Below, piece by piece: positions 7,491 through 16,785 of a stretch of DNA of 19,118 nt. This DNA is from Marine Group I thaumarchaeote (lineage in GTDB: Archaea; Thermoproteota; Nitrososphaeria; Nitrososphaerales; Nitrosopumilaceae): positions 16,378-35,495 of the forward strand of contig CP054849.1 of NCBI GenBank assembly GCA_044358425.1, written 5' to 3'. A program made the translations under genes and the position numbers. Within the stretch, counting starts at the first letter, position 1. Each line of letters opens with the position of its first letter. The notes beneath the pieces are model-generated. The model saw only the letters and a program-made list of their open reading frames with translations, was not told the DNA's origin and did no database searches.

Positions 7491-8726
7491 TTATCTCTTT
7501 TCTTCTAAAATTTCAGATGCAATTTTTGCTGAATTTTCTGCTCCATTTGGAATGAAATTCTTTGAAAAATCTTTCAAATTATCTTCAAAATCATCATAAT
7601 TCTCCTTAATTTTTGAAATTGCACTGATTACATGCTTGGTTTTAATGGCTAAAACTCCAAGATTTTTTTCTTGAGCCCATTTGATATTATTGGTATGTTC
7701 ATCATATATGGGAATTCCAATTATTGGCTTTGATTTTCCTCCCATTATTTCACCCATAACAGTATGTGAACCATTGACCACAGCATATCCACATAAATTC
7801 AAAACTGTGTCTTTTTCTTGTTCTGAGAGGAATCCAATATCAATTTGAATCCAATCGATTTTTTTTTCTAACGCATCTGATATTGAATATTTTTTACCAT
7901 CTGTTCCTAAAACTGAATCTATGTTTGGCTCATTTCTTGCATGTGAGATAATTCTTTTCTCATTTCTCATTTCATTTTGATTAAATGCCTTCTCATATCT
8001 TAGACCTGTTCCATCATTTGTCGATTTATTGCCTGTTCTCATCCAATATCCAAAATTATTATTTTCAATTAATTTTTCTAAATCTGTTTTGGTTTTAATT
8101 TCATTTTTTTTACCATTTGTAAAATGACCAACATAAACTACTTTATGTTCAGATTCTTTAATGAAATTTAGATTATATTCACACATGGTATATGGAGGTG
8201 GTGAATCTGCAACAAGAATTTTTGTCGCTTTATTGATTTGTTTTGCAATAAAAATTAATGATGGATAAAGATATGATCTTGAATTATATAATTTTGGTCT
8301 AAATTGATTTGTTACAAATAAACTTGGAATATTTCTATTATTCGCTAAAATATTTGATCCCATATCTCCATCGTTAATTACTAAATCAAATTTTTCTTTA
8401 TTGTACAGTTTCCTTTCTTCCCTCAAATAATTAATTATTTGTCTAATTAACGATGGGTTATTTGAAATTGGTAATAGAATATTCATTAATGATTTTGAAA
8501 CACTAGGACCAAATTTTCCATCAATAGGTGTGGGCATTAAAATTTCATGGATTTTTTCTTTTTTTTCTGGAAATTTTTTCAATAATTTTTCAATTACATG
8601 ATCTTTGCTTGAAAAATGAACGTCTAACTCGTCTTTAATTTGAGCTGATAAAGCATCATTTAATCTCATCATCCTAGAATAATGACCACTTCCCCATGGG
8701 TAGATGAATTCACCTATTTTGAGCAC
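7491..8726 (-). CDS. GT-B glycosyltransferase (GT28/MurG-like, MJ1255-type)
   Basis: N-terminal G.GH..R (WGSGHYSR), DLVINDGD, YVGHF, and a C-terminal nucleotide-sugar motif NGSHTVMGE...KPIIGIP...EH..N, ending in NGAENSA. Confidence 0.85.
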   Translation of the reverse strand: MLKIGEFIYPWGSGHYSRMMRLNDALSAQIKDELDVHFSSKDHVIEKLLKKFPEKKEKIHEILMPTPIDGKFGPSVSKSLMNILLPISNNPSLIRQIINYLREERKLYNKEKFDLVINDGDMGSNILANNRNIPSLFVTNQFRPKLYNSRSYLYPSLIFIAKQINKATKILVADSPPPYTMCEYNLNFIKESEHKVVYVGHFTNGKKNEIKTKTDLEKLIENNNFGYWMRTGNKSTNDGTGLRYEKAFNQNEMRNEKRIISHARNEPNIDSVLGTDGKKYSISDALEKKIDWIQIDIGFLSEQEKDTVLNLCGYAVVNGSHTVMGEIMGGKSKPIIGIPIYDEHTNNIKWAQEKNLGVLAIKTKHVISAISKIKENYDDFEDNLKDFSKNFIPNGAENSAKIASEILEEKR

Positions 8727-8756
8727 AATTTCTTATCAAATATGCTGTTTAAATTT

Positions 8757-9872
8757 TCAATGATCTTCACTTAGAGAATCTAAAATATCATGAACATTAT
8801 TTGCTCCTAATTTCACAGAAATTTCTTTTTTTGTCTTATGTGCAAATTCTACATCTGTTTTAGAAAATTTTGGAACATCATTTGATGTAATATTGATCAT
8901 TTTTTCTAATTTTTTGATATTTCGCTCTAAACCAATCTCTTTTGCTTCTATAAACAATTGATTATCTACGCCTGCTAATGGAATGATTGGTATTTTCTTT
9001 TTACTAAAAATGCGATTTAAGGCATTATCAATAATGTTTGCAGGAAAAATCAATGGCGATAAGGATATGGATATTCTATTGTTTGAATAACTTAACAGAA
9101 TTTCTATTATTGAATTTACGTAAATTAAATAATTTTTATTTCCATTTGGATTAATTTTTAAATTATAAAATTCTATTTCAATTTTTTCTTGAACTAATCT
9201 TGGGATTATCTGATTAATCATTTTTGCTAAATTCATTAATTCTGATTTTTGCCTATAACAAACTATTATTTTTGTATCATAACCTTGCTTTATGGTTTCA
9301 TAACAAGATACTGCAGAAATTTCATCATAAATTGCACAAATTGTTTGTTGTCCCTGTGATTGATATGGTATTCCACCCTTTCCTATATCTGAAAAAATAG
9401 AAATGTATGCATAGTTTTTTGTTAAATATGTATAAAGTAATTTATCAAATTTTTCTTCAGTTCCTGGATGAGCACCCAAATTAGATTTTTTTTCAATAAT
9501 ATTTGACGTCGCAGCTATTTCTACATCTTTAACAAGAAATCCTTTTGATATTCCTTCTACTCTAACTAAAAATTTTTCTCCTTTTAATAATAAATTGCCT
9601 CCAATGGATGTAATTTCTGAAATAATATTTTGAAAATCATTTTTTACTTGTCTTGCAATAGTAATTTTTTCTATACCAAAAAGTAAATTGATAGCTGATG
9701 ATGCAAATACTGGATCATTTGCATTAACTAAAATAATATCTCCATCGCGTTTTACAGAACTATATTTTTGATTTTTAATTTTAAGAATCTTTTTGATATT
9801 TTTAATTAATTGAGGAATTTTATTTTTAGAAAATATGCTTGGGAAAACTACTACATATGATATTTCATTCAT
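8757..9872 (-). CDS. ThiI-like THUMP-domain protein with a degenerate PP-loop; likely start is ATG 9872 rather than 9929
   Basis: LLFGIEKI, THUMP-like FLVRVEG...KDVEIAA, GKGGIP linker, PLAG and EAKEIG all match the ThiI layout. SGGxDS is replaced by AIYDEIS. A TATA-like TTATAAAC lies about 28 nt upstream of 9872. Confidence 0.75.
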   Translation of the reverse strand: MNEISYVVVFPSIFSKNKIPQLIKNIKKILKIKNQKYSSVKRDGDIILVNANDPVFASSAINLLFGIEKITIARQVKNDFQNIISEITSIGGNLLLKGEKFLVRVEGISKGFLVKDVEIAATSNIIEKKSNLGAHPGTEEKFDKLLYTYLTKNYAYISIFSDIGKGGIPYQSQGQQTICAIYDEISAVSCYETIKQGYDTKIIVCYRQKSELMNLAKMINQIIPRLVQEKIEIEFYNLKINPNGNKNYLIYVNSIIEILLSYSNNRISISLSPLIFPANIIDNALNRIFSKKKIPIIPLAGVDNQLFIEAKEIGLERNIKKLEKMINITSNDVPKFSKTDVEFAHKTKKEISVKLGANNVHDILDSLSEDH

Positions 9873-9956
9873 CTTTTCTCCTTTCAATTCTACTTGTTTA
9901 TAATTTAGCATAATTTTTTGGGTAATCAATATAAAAGAAATATTTTAAATGAAAAT

Positions 9957-10673
9957 GTGACAAAATTTACGCAAGAACAAGTGGATGAACTTAATTCAAC
10001 AATTAAAACTACTGAAGAAGCTTTACAATGGGTATCTAATAATTTGCACCCTAAAGTTGCAAAGGCATCAAGCTTTGGTGCTGAAGATGCAGTTGTCATG
10101 GATATAATGTTAAAAATTAATCCTAATTTTCGATTTTTTACTCTTGATACTGGTAGACTTCCACAAGAAACTTATGATATTATGGATATTGTTAGAAAAA
10201 AATACAATATTTCAATTGAAGCCTTGTTTCCTGATACAAAAGAAGTTGAAGAAATGGTAAAAGAAAAAGGATTGAATCTTTTCTATGAAAGTGTAGATAA
10301 TAGAAAACTTTGTTGTGAAATACGTAAAGTTCATCCAATGAATAAAATGCTGAATACTTTAGATGGTTGGATTACTGGATTAAGACGTGATCAAACAAAA
10401 AATCGAGAAGACGTTAAAATTTTCCAATTAGATCATGGACATGGAGAAATTTTAAAAATTAATCCAATCATTGATTGGACTTGGGAACAAATTCAAGAAT
10501 ATATTAAAAAAAATAATTTACCGTACAATAGTCTTCTTGACAAGGGTTTTCCAAGTATTGGATGTGAACCTTGTACTAGAGCGATCAAACCTGGTGAAGA
10601 TATTCGTGCAGGTAGATGGTGGTGGGAACAAGATGGCAACAAAGAGTGTGGCCTTCATATAGACCATAAATAG
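9957..10673 (+). CDS. cysH: Adenylylsulfate (APS) reductase, CysH family, Fe-S type; likely start is GTG 9957
   Basis: [39 protein letters not shown] and ECGLH. The CC...CxxC motif marks [4Fe-4S] APS reductases. TATA-like ATATAAAA at 9929-9936. Confidence 0.92.
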   Translation: MTKFTQEQVDELNSTIKTTEEALQWVSNNLHPKVAKASSFGAEDAVVMDIMLKINPNFRFFTLDTGRLPQETYDIMDIVRKKYNISIEALFPDTKEVEEMVKEKGLNLFYESVDNRKLCCEIRKVHPMNKMLNTLDGWITGLRRDQTKNREDVKIFQLDHGHGEILKINPIIDWTWEQIQEYIKKNNLPYNSLLDKGFPSIGCEPCTRAIKPGEDIRAGRWWWEQDGNKECGLHIDHK

Positions 10674-10683
10674 AGGTTCAGAT

Positions 10684-11826
10684 ATGTCTGAAAATAATTC
10701 AATTAAAGCACATGGTGGAGTTTTAGTTAATCGAATTACTAAAGTGGATTCTACAGGATTATTTTCAATTAGTATTTCTGAAGATTTAGCAAATGATGTA
10801 GAAAATATTGCTGATGGAATTTTTAGTCCTTTAGAAGGATTTTTGGGTCAACAAGACTTTGAAAGTGTTGTTTCTCGCGGAAGACTAGCTAATGATTTAG
10901 CATGGACCATTCCAATTGTACTTGATGTAGATGAAGAAACTGCTTCTAAAATGAAAGAAGCTGGAGATGTTTTATTAAAAAATCCTGATAATGTTGGGGT
11001 TGCTGTATTACATGTAGATGAAACATTTACTTTTGATAAGGAGAAAACAGCCCAGGGAGTTTACGGCACTACAGATTCCTCACACCCTGGTGTTGCATAT
11101 ACAATGTCAATGAAAGATTTTCTCGTTGGTGGAAAAATTGATTTTATTCAAAGACCAAATGACACTGAAATACGAAATAACAGATTAACACCAATTCAAA
11201 CTAGAGAATCTTTTGAAAAAGCAGGTTGGAAAACAATTTGTGCTTTTCAAACAAGAAATCCACCACATGTGGCACATGAAATGTTACAAAAAACATCTAT
11301 TACTACTCGTGATGGTGTTTTTGTAAATCCTGTAATTGGTAAGAAAAAATCTGGTGATTTTGTAGATGAAGTAATTGTAAAATGTTATGAAACTATGATA
11401 AAATTATACTATCCTGAAAATAGATGTCAACTTGGTACACTTCATACACAAATGAAATATGCAGGTCCAAAAGAAGCAATACATCATGCAATTATGAGAC
11501 AAAACTATGGTTGTACTCATATCATTATAGGACGTGATCATGCTGGTGTAGGTAAATTCTATGATCCAATGGCTGCTCAAAAAATATTTGATGATTATCC
11601 AGAATTAGAAATTTCTCCAGTCTTTTTCCCACCTTTCTTTTATTGTAAGAAATGTTTAACGTACACAACTCCAAAGGCATGTCCTCATGATAATGATGTA
11701 AAAGAGCAAATAAGTGGAACAGCACTTCGTGAGATGATTCAAAATGGACAAGCACCATCTGAATTTATCTTAAGACCAGAAGTAGCACAAGTAATTTTAG
11801 AACATCCAAAGCCTTTTGTTGATTAG
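10684..11826 (+). CDS. sat: Sulfate adenylyltransferase (ATP sulfurylase)
   Basis: [40 protein letters not shown] and ISGT. SD-like GAGGT upstream. Confidence 0.96.
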   Translation: MSENNSIKAHGGVLVNRITKVDSTGLFSISISEDLANDVENIADGIFSPLEGFLGQQDFESVVSRGRLANDLAWTIPIVLDVDEETASKMKEAGDVLLKNPDNVGVAVLHVDETFTFDKEKTAQGVYGTTDSSHPGVAYTMSMKDFLVGGKIDFIQRPNDTEIRNNRLTPIQTRESFEKAGWKTICAFQTRNPPHVAHEMLQKTSITTRDGVFVNPVIGKKKSGDFVDEVIVKCYETMIKLYYPENRCQLGTLHTQMKYAGPKEAIHHAIMRQNYGCTHIIIGRDHAGVGKFYDPMAAQKIFDDYPELEISPVFFPPFFYCKKCLTYTTPKACPHDNDVKEQISGTALREMIQNGQAPSEFILRPEVAQVILEHPKPFVD

Positions 11827-11856
11827 ATATTTATTCAAACAAATTTACATTAGCTC

Positions 11857-12522
11857 ATGAAGTATTTCTTTTTAGGAATTTTATTTCTGGGATTTTTGAT
11901 AACTCCTGCATTTGCTCAGGAACAAACAAATCCATCATTATTAATTGAAAATCTGGAAATCTCTGCTGAAAAATTTAATACAGTTTTACGAAATGCCCCA
12001 TTAATTCCACTTGATAATGTTCATACTTTAAGTTGGCAAGTTACACTTGATAATAATTTACTTTATGCAAATCCAAACGGAAATGCAGTTTTTCGAATAT
12101 ATGATAAAGAGGATAACAATGAATTCATTGAAGTAGGAATGGGTTCACAACCTGATTACAAATTTTGGGTTGCAGTCCAAACTCCTGATGAGGGATACGT
12201 TGTTGTTCATAGGGATTTAGATAGAGGATGGTATCCTCAGGCAAAATCTATTGTATCTTACACTGATAGAGCAGGCCTAACTGTTAACAATGGAGCTAGA
12301 ATTGTTGTTACAAATTTGGATATTGGAAAATTTGAGATTGAATCATACTCAGTTCATGGAATGGAAGGAAGTACTGATCCTCCTGCAGTTAATTCAGGAA
12401 TATATCTTGCTGAAATTTTATCTGGTGATCCAGGAAAAAATGCGTTTGCATTCTTTCCGTTTGCTGTTGCAGCAGGAGTTGGAATTTTAGTTGGAACTTT
12501 ATATCTGACTAAGAGGCGTTAG
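11857..12522 (+). CDS. Exported, C-terminally membrane-anchored hypothetical protein
   Basis: Signal peptide ending in AFA|Q, beta-rich core, C-terminal TM helix followed by KRR. It overlaps nth convergently by 14 bp. Confidence 0.8.
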   Translation: MKYFFLGILFLGFLITPAFAQEQTNPSLLIENLEISAEKFNTVLRNAPLIPLDNVHTLSWQVTLDNNLLYANPNGNAVFRIYDKEDNNEFIEVGMGSQPDYKFWVAVQTPDEGYVVVHRDLDRGWYPQAKSIVSYTDRAGLTVNNGARIVVTNLDIGKFEIESYSVHGMEGSTDPPAVNSGIYLAEILSGDPGKNAFAFFPFAVAAGVGILVGTLYLTKRR

Positions 12523-13159
12523 CGTCTTTATAATATTTACAACTTTTTTTAATTTTACAAACATCACACATTGGTGAAATTGGTTTACAAATATTTTGAC
12601 CATACATGACAAATGTATCATTGATATCAATCCAATATTTTTTGTCTATTTTTTTCATTAACTCTTGTTCTGTTTCTTCTGGATTTTTTGTTTCAACTAA
12701 ACCTAATCTATTTGAAATTCTATGAACATGAATGTCCACTGGTATAGCTGGTTTTTCAAATGCATAAACTAAAACACAATTAGCAGTTTTTCTTCCAACA
12801 CCTGGTAATTCCACTAATGTTTCAAGATCTTCTGGAACTTTATCTTTGTATTTTTTATGAATTATTTTTGAGACTTCTATTATCCTTTTAGATTTTACAT
12901 GAAAAAATCCAATTGATTTTATTATTTTTTCTACATCTTTGACTTTTGCATTTGCAAGGTCTTTTGGATTTTTATATTTTTTAAATAATGCTTTTACTGC
13001 TTTTGTAGTTGTTTCATCCTTGGTTCTAGCTGAAAGAATTGTTCCTATCAAAATACTAAATGGACCTGTCTCTGCATTATGTAGATCTCTTAAAGCTGTA
13101 ATTCTTGGAGGTTTTACAGAATTCATGGTATCTGTCATACCAGTTAGTATTTTTTTCAT
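12509..13159 (-). CDS. nth: Endonuclease III (HhH-GPD, 4Fe-4S); start is ATG 13159 or TTG 13165
   Basis: ILSART.D, HhH LPGVGRKTA with the catalytic Lys, PVDIHVHRI and CX6CX2CX5C. Confidence 0.93.
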   Translation of the reverse strand: MKKILTGMTDTMNSVKPPRITALRDLHNAETGPFSILIGTILSARTKDETTTKAVKALFKKYKNPKDLANAKVKDVEKIIKSIGFFHVKSKRIIEVSKIIHKKYKDKVPEDLETLVELPGVGRKTANCVLVYAFEKPAIPVDIHVHRISNRLGLVETKNPEETEQELMKKIDKKYWIDINDTFVMYGQNICKPISPMCDVCKIKKSCKYYKDANAS

Positions 13160-13181
13160 TTTCAATTAGAAATTACGCACA

Positions 13182-13193
13182 AGTATTATAACT
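13182..13193. promoter_or_regulatory. Near-palindromic TATA box, probably serving both nth and acnX
   Basis: AGTATTATAACT is centred about 28 nt from the nth ATG (13159) and about 26 nt from an in-frame acnX TTG (13214). Confidence 0.5.
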
Positions 13194-13207
13194 GTAATAA
13201 CAATATT

Positions 13208-14368
13208 TTGACATTGGAATTAACTCGTGAAGAAGAGTCTGCTCTAAAAGGTGAAAATGGGGAAACTATGCAAATGGCATACCGAATTCTAGTTGCTACC
13301 GGAGAAGCAACTGATGCTGAAAAATTAGTCCCAATTGAATGGGCTCATCTTTCTGGTGTAAATTATAATACAATTGGTGATGCAGGAGAAGAATTTCTTT
13401 CATCAATTAGTAAAGACGCCCGTGTTTCAGTAAAAACAACATTGAATCCAATGGGTTTTGATATCGATAATGTATCTAATTACAAATTAGATGAAAATTT
13501 TATTTCCAAACAGCTTTCTATTAGAAATTCTTATGAAACAATGGGAGTAATTCCATCATTTTCGTGTATTCCATATGAAATTTTTGATATTCCAAAAAAT
13601 GGAACACAAGTTGCATTTGCTGAAAGTAATGCAGCAATACATGCAAATTCTTATGATAATTTAAAAACAAACAAAGAAAGTGCATTCAGTGCATTAGCAA
13701 GTGCAATAGTTGGAAAAAGTCCTTATTCGTCATTGCGTAAAGAAGATTCTCCAAACATTACAATTGAAATGAAAGTAAAAAATCCTAATGAATTATCATA
13801 TGGAATGTTAGGCTTTTTTGCTGGAAAAGTGGGTGATACTTCTGTAAATATTTCTGGTCTTGCTGAAATGGATCAAAGACAATGTAAAGCAATGTGTGGT
13901 GGAATGGGAACTTCTGGAACTTGTGCTAAATTTAATTTTGGTGAAGGTGATTCAAATACTGAAAAAATAGAATTTGATGAAAAAGAAATGCAAAATGTAC
14001 ATGATGAACTCAATACTTCAGAAAAAGGGGATATAATCACATTGGGTAGTCCTCAATTAGGTTTAGATGAAATTTCAGATCTTACTGCTAAATTGAAAGG
14101 CCGTTCATTTGAAAAAAGATGTATGGTTTTCTTACCTAGAACAGTAAAAGAACAGGCACAAAAAATTGGGTATATTTCAGAACTTGAACGAGCTGGATGT
14201 GAAATTCTTTCTGATTGTTGTACATGTCTGACCCCATTGATATGTAAAGATGATGTCGATGCAGTAACCACTAATAGTATCAAAGGTGCATTTTATCTTA
14301 AAAATTCAAATGGTGTAGGTGTTAATCTAAAATCATTAAAAGAAATTGTAGAAGATGAAACACGATGA
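13208..14368 (+). CDS. Aconitase X catalytic subunit (DUF521), probable phosphomevalonate dehydratase large subunit; start may be TTG 13214
   Basis: AHLSGVNY..IGDAG, TTLNP, SCIPY, AESNA, GSPQL, DCCTC and TNSIKGAFY. Coupled to the swivel subunit through an ATGA overlap. Confidence 0.9.
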   Translation: MTLELTREEESALKGENGETMQMAYRILVATGEATDAEKLVPIEWAHLSGVNYNTIGDAGEEFLSSISKDARVSVKTTLNPMGFDIDNVSNYKLDENFISKQLSIRNSYETMGVIPSFSCIPYEIFDIPKNGTQVAFAESNAAIHANSYDNLKTNKESAFSALASAIVGKSPYSSLRKEDSPNITIEMKVKNPNELSYGMLGFFAGKVGDTSVNISGLAEMDQRQCKAMCGGMGTSGTCAKFNFGEGDSNTEKIEFDEKEMQNVHDELNTSEKGDIITLGSPQLGLDEISDLTAKLKGRSFEKRCMVFLPRTVKEQAQKIGYISELERAGCEILSDCCTCLTPLICKDDVDAVTTNSIKGAFYLKNSNGVGVNLKSLKEIVEDETR

Positions 14369-14754
14369 ATAAAATTTTAGTTTCAGGTAAAGTGGAAGGA
14401 ATTGTTTTAAAATCAAATGATCCAATTAATTTTTTAGGTACAGTTGATAAAAAAACTGGAATTATTAGCGATAAGAATCACACACTATTTGAAAAATCAA
14501 TGAAAAATTTGGTTCTAGTATTTCCATCTGGAATCGGTAGCAGTGTTGGTGCATATACCATCTACTCTATAAAATCAAATAATACAGCACCAATTGCAAT
14601 GATTTGTAAAAAGGCAGATCTAACAGTTGCTACAGGCTGTGCATTAGCAAATATTCCATTAATTACAATCAGTGATGAAGAATTTGAATCAATCAAAACT
14701 GGAATGAAATTATCTCTTGACACTGATTCAACTACTCTAATTCATTATCAGTAG
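14365..14754 (+). CDS. Aconitase X swivel subunit (DUF126), probable phosphomevalonate dehydratase small subunit
   Basis: INFLGTVDKKTG, LVFPSGIGSSVG and APIAMI. The ATG overlaps the upstream TGA. Confidence 0.9.
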   Translation: MNKILVSGKVEGIVLKSNDPINFLGTVDKKTGIISDKNHTLFEKSMKNLVLVFPSGIGSSVGAYTIYSIKSNNTAPIAMICKKADLTVATGCALANIPLITISDEEFESIKTGMKLSLDTDSTTLIHYQ

Positions 14755-16681
14755 AGATTTCTTTTTCTAAATCCCCTAAACTAATTTCTTTAATTTGACT
14801 TTTTCCAGCAGGTAAAGCACGTACAAATTCATCGATATTTATTTTTCTTGTAATATCTTCAAATATTTTTAAAAATTCAATTCTAATTTTTTTTGCACAT
14901 TCTGCCATTTCTAATCCATTTGGTTCAATTATTGCATAACAAATAGAATTTTTTTTAATTGGTTCTGGCGGTCCGCATGTTAAAACATAATCATTATCTT
15001 CTAATTTTATTATCCCAACAGCTAATTTCAGGGTCTCAGATTTGATAAAATTTCGTTGCCCTTCTATTGTAAATGAGCCTTTAGGAAGAAATTCTCCACT
15101 GGGTGCAGATTTTTTTACTTGGTCTGGAAGTACCCAATAGGCACTAACTCCATACAATCCTTCTCTCCATGCTCTACTGAAACAGACTGTTGCAGAAGCT
15201 ATTTCATTCATAGTTGTATCTGGTACATGTTCAGCATCCTTCAAAATAAAAAATGGTGATCCAAAAATATCACCATGAAAAACTTTATCGTCTTTATCTA
15301 GGTGTTTTCTAATTACAGCAGAATTTGATGCTGCATCTCTTCCACCGATTGTAAGAAATCCATCAGTAGTCGTAAACCATCTATATCTTTCAAACCAATT
15401 TTTCTTTCGAATTTCTGAAACTACTTCTAAATTTCTTTCAGATTCAGTTTGATTTTGGAATTTCTTTAATTTCTTTTCTGTTTTTTCTTTAATTGCTTGA
15501 ATTGAATTAATGGCACCTGATTGTTTTTTTGCTTGATTAAACAAAACAGATGCAATTGATTGAAGTGGTGATTCTGTATTTATCTTAATTTTTTCATCTT
15601 CTACAATTATCATTGAAATTCCTTTTTCATTAATCAATTTTGCATTATTTGTTGCCAAAATTGCTTGTGCAGAATCGTTTGTTATTGAAATAATTCCTTT
15701 AGAAACCATCTCATAAAGTGAATTTGCTACATTTGTAATCTTTTTTGATTTTTCTTTTACTGTTGCAATTGCTTTTTCTTGTTCAGATATTTGAGTTTCT
15801 AAATCTTTAATTTTTTTGTCTGAACCACTAGTTTGAATTGATTTTCCCTTATCTACAATATTTTTTGTAAATACTGTGTCTAATCCATCAATAAATGTAG
15901 GAACACTAGTAACTTTACCTTCTAATTTCCCTAATTTTACTGGAAGAACTTCTATTTTTTCATTTTCAACAATTACTGGTTCATGATTTCCTAATACAAT
16001 ATCTGAAATAATATTTTTTGTAGTTTGATAAATTTTTTCTATTTCTTCTTTTGTTAATAAATTGCCAATTTTTTTAGGATCTATATCTGTAATTTCAAAA
16101 ACAGATTCAACATATTTTTTTGGTAATCCTAAAGTTCTTCCAAACCATTTTGCAGCAATTAAATCTGTATTTTTTAATTCATCAAAATCTGATTCTGTCA
16201 AATTAAAAATATCTAAATTATTTTCTGGAGGTTGTGTGTAGTCTAACCCTACACTAAGTTTTCTATGTCTTACTTCAATTGAATGTTGTAAAGCTAAAAT
16301 TTTCATTTCATTATTACAAAGTAGAATATTTCCATCCCCAAAAAATTCTCCAACTAAAATGAATTCTTTTCCAAATCCCTCAAATGTAAAATATGCAATT
16401 CTTTCAGCACCTATTTGTTCAATTTTTTTTAATTTTAATCGAAGTAAATCACTTCTTAACCTCTTCAACAATCTATTTGGCTCCATTTGATCAATCTTTA
16501 CTTTAGTTAGCCAAACACCAGACGTTGATATCATCATAAAGAGATCGCTTTTTTCTGTATGATGAAGTTTGAATAGAATACTGTCTTTTGTTATTCCGTA
16601 GATATTACTGATATAGTATCCTTGAACTTGTTCAGAAATTTGATTTACTAAATATCTTAATTCGATTCCAGCTAATGCCAT
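14732..16681 (-). CDS. rqc2: Rqc2/NEMF (RqcH/FbpA-like) ribosome quality-control factor
   Basis: NFACT-N (QIGAERI, EFFGDGNILL), a coiled-coil middle, and NFACT-R (WFERYRWF, GGRDAASN, QVKKSAPSGEFLPKGSF.IEGQRNF). Confidence 0.9.
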   Translation of the reverse strand: MALAGIELRYLVNQISEQVQGYYISNIYGITKDSILFKLHHTEKSDLFMMISTSGVWLTKVKIDQMEPNRLLKRLRSDLLRLKLKKIEQIGAERIAYFTFEGFGKEFILVGEFFGDGNILLCNNEMKILALQHSIEVRHRKLSVGLDYTQPPENNLDIFNLTESDFDELKNTDLIAAKWFGRTLGLPKKYVESVFEITDIDPKKIGNLLTKEEIEKIYQTTKNIISDIVLGNHEPVIVENEKIEVLPVKLGKLEGKVTSVPTFIDGLDTVFTKNIVDKGKSIQTSGSDKKIKDLETQISEQEKAIATVKEKSKKITNVANSLYEMVSKGIISITNDSAQAILATNNAKLINEKGISMIIVEDEKIKINTESPLQSIASVLFNQAKKQSGAINSIQAIKEKTEKKLKKFQNQTESERNLEVVSEIRKKNWFERYRWFTTTDGFLTIGGRDAASNSAVIRKHLDKDDKVFHGDIFGSPFFILKDAEHVPDTTMNEIASATVCFSRAWREGLYGVSAYWVLPDQVKKSAPSGEFLPKGSFTIEGQRNFIKSETLKLAVGIIKLEDNDYVLTCGPPEPIKKNSICYAIIEPNGLEMAECAKKIRIEFLKIFEDITRKINIDEFVRALPAGKSQIKEISLGDLEKEISTDNELE

Positions 16682-16785
16682 AATTATCGTGTTTAATCTC
16701 TAAAATTATACCCTTCCTATACTGTGCTCAAGATTTTACCAAAGATATTAAACATGGTTTGCTTGATTTACGCTAGAAATTTACT

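Noticed and set aside
9873-9956. Head-to-head overlap of ORFs 8757..9929 and 9918..10673 as given in the ORF track
   Set aside because: This is an artefact of longest-ORF calling. Each extension contains the gene's own TATA-like box, and starts at 9872 and 9957 fit better.
10471-14283. ORFs 10471..10662, 11525..11758, 12290..12490, 12939..13169 and 14053..14283
   Set aside because: They are alternate-frame or antisense ORFs inside cysH, sat, the exported protein, nth and acnX, with no independent support.
14732-14754. Convergent 3' overlaps (23 bp here; 14 bp at 12509-12522) as a regulatory device
   Set aside because: Short tail-to-tail overlaps are common in streamlined genomes, and nothing further supports a function.
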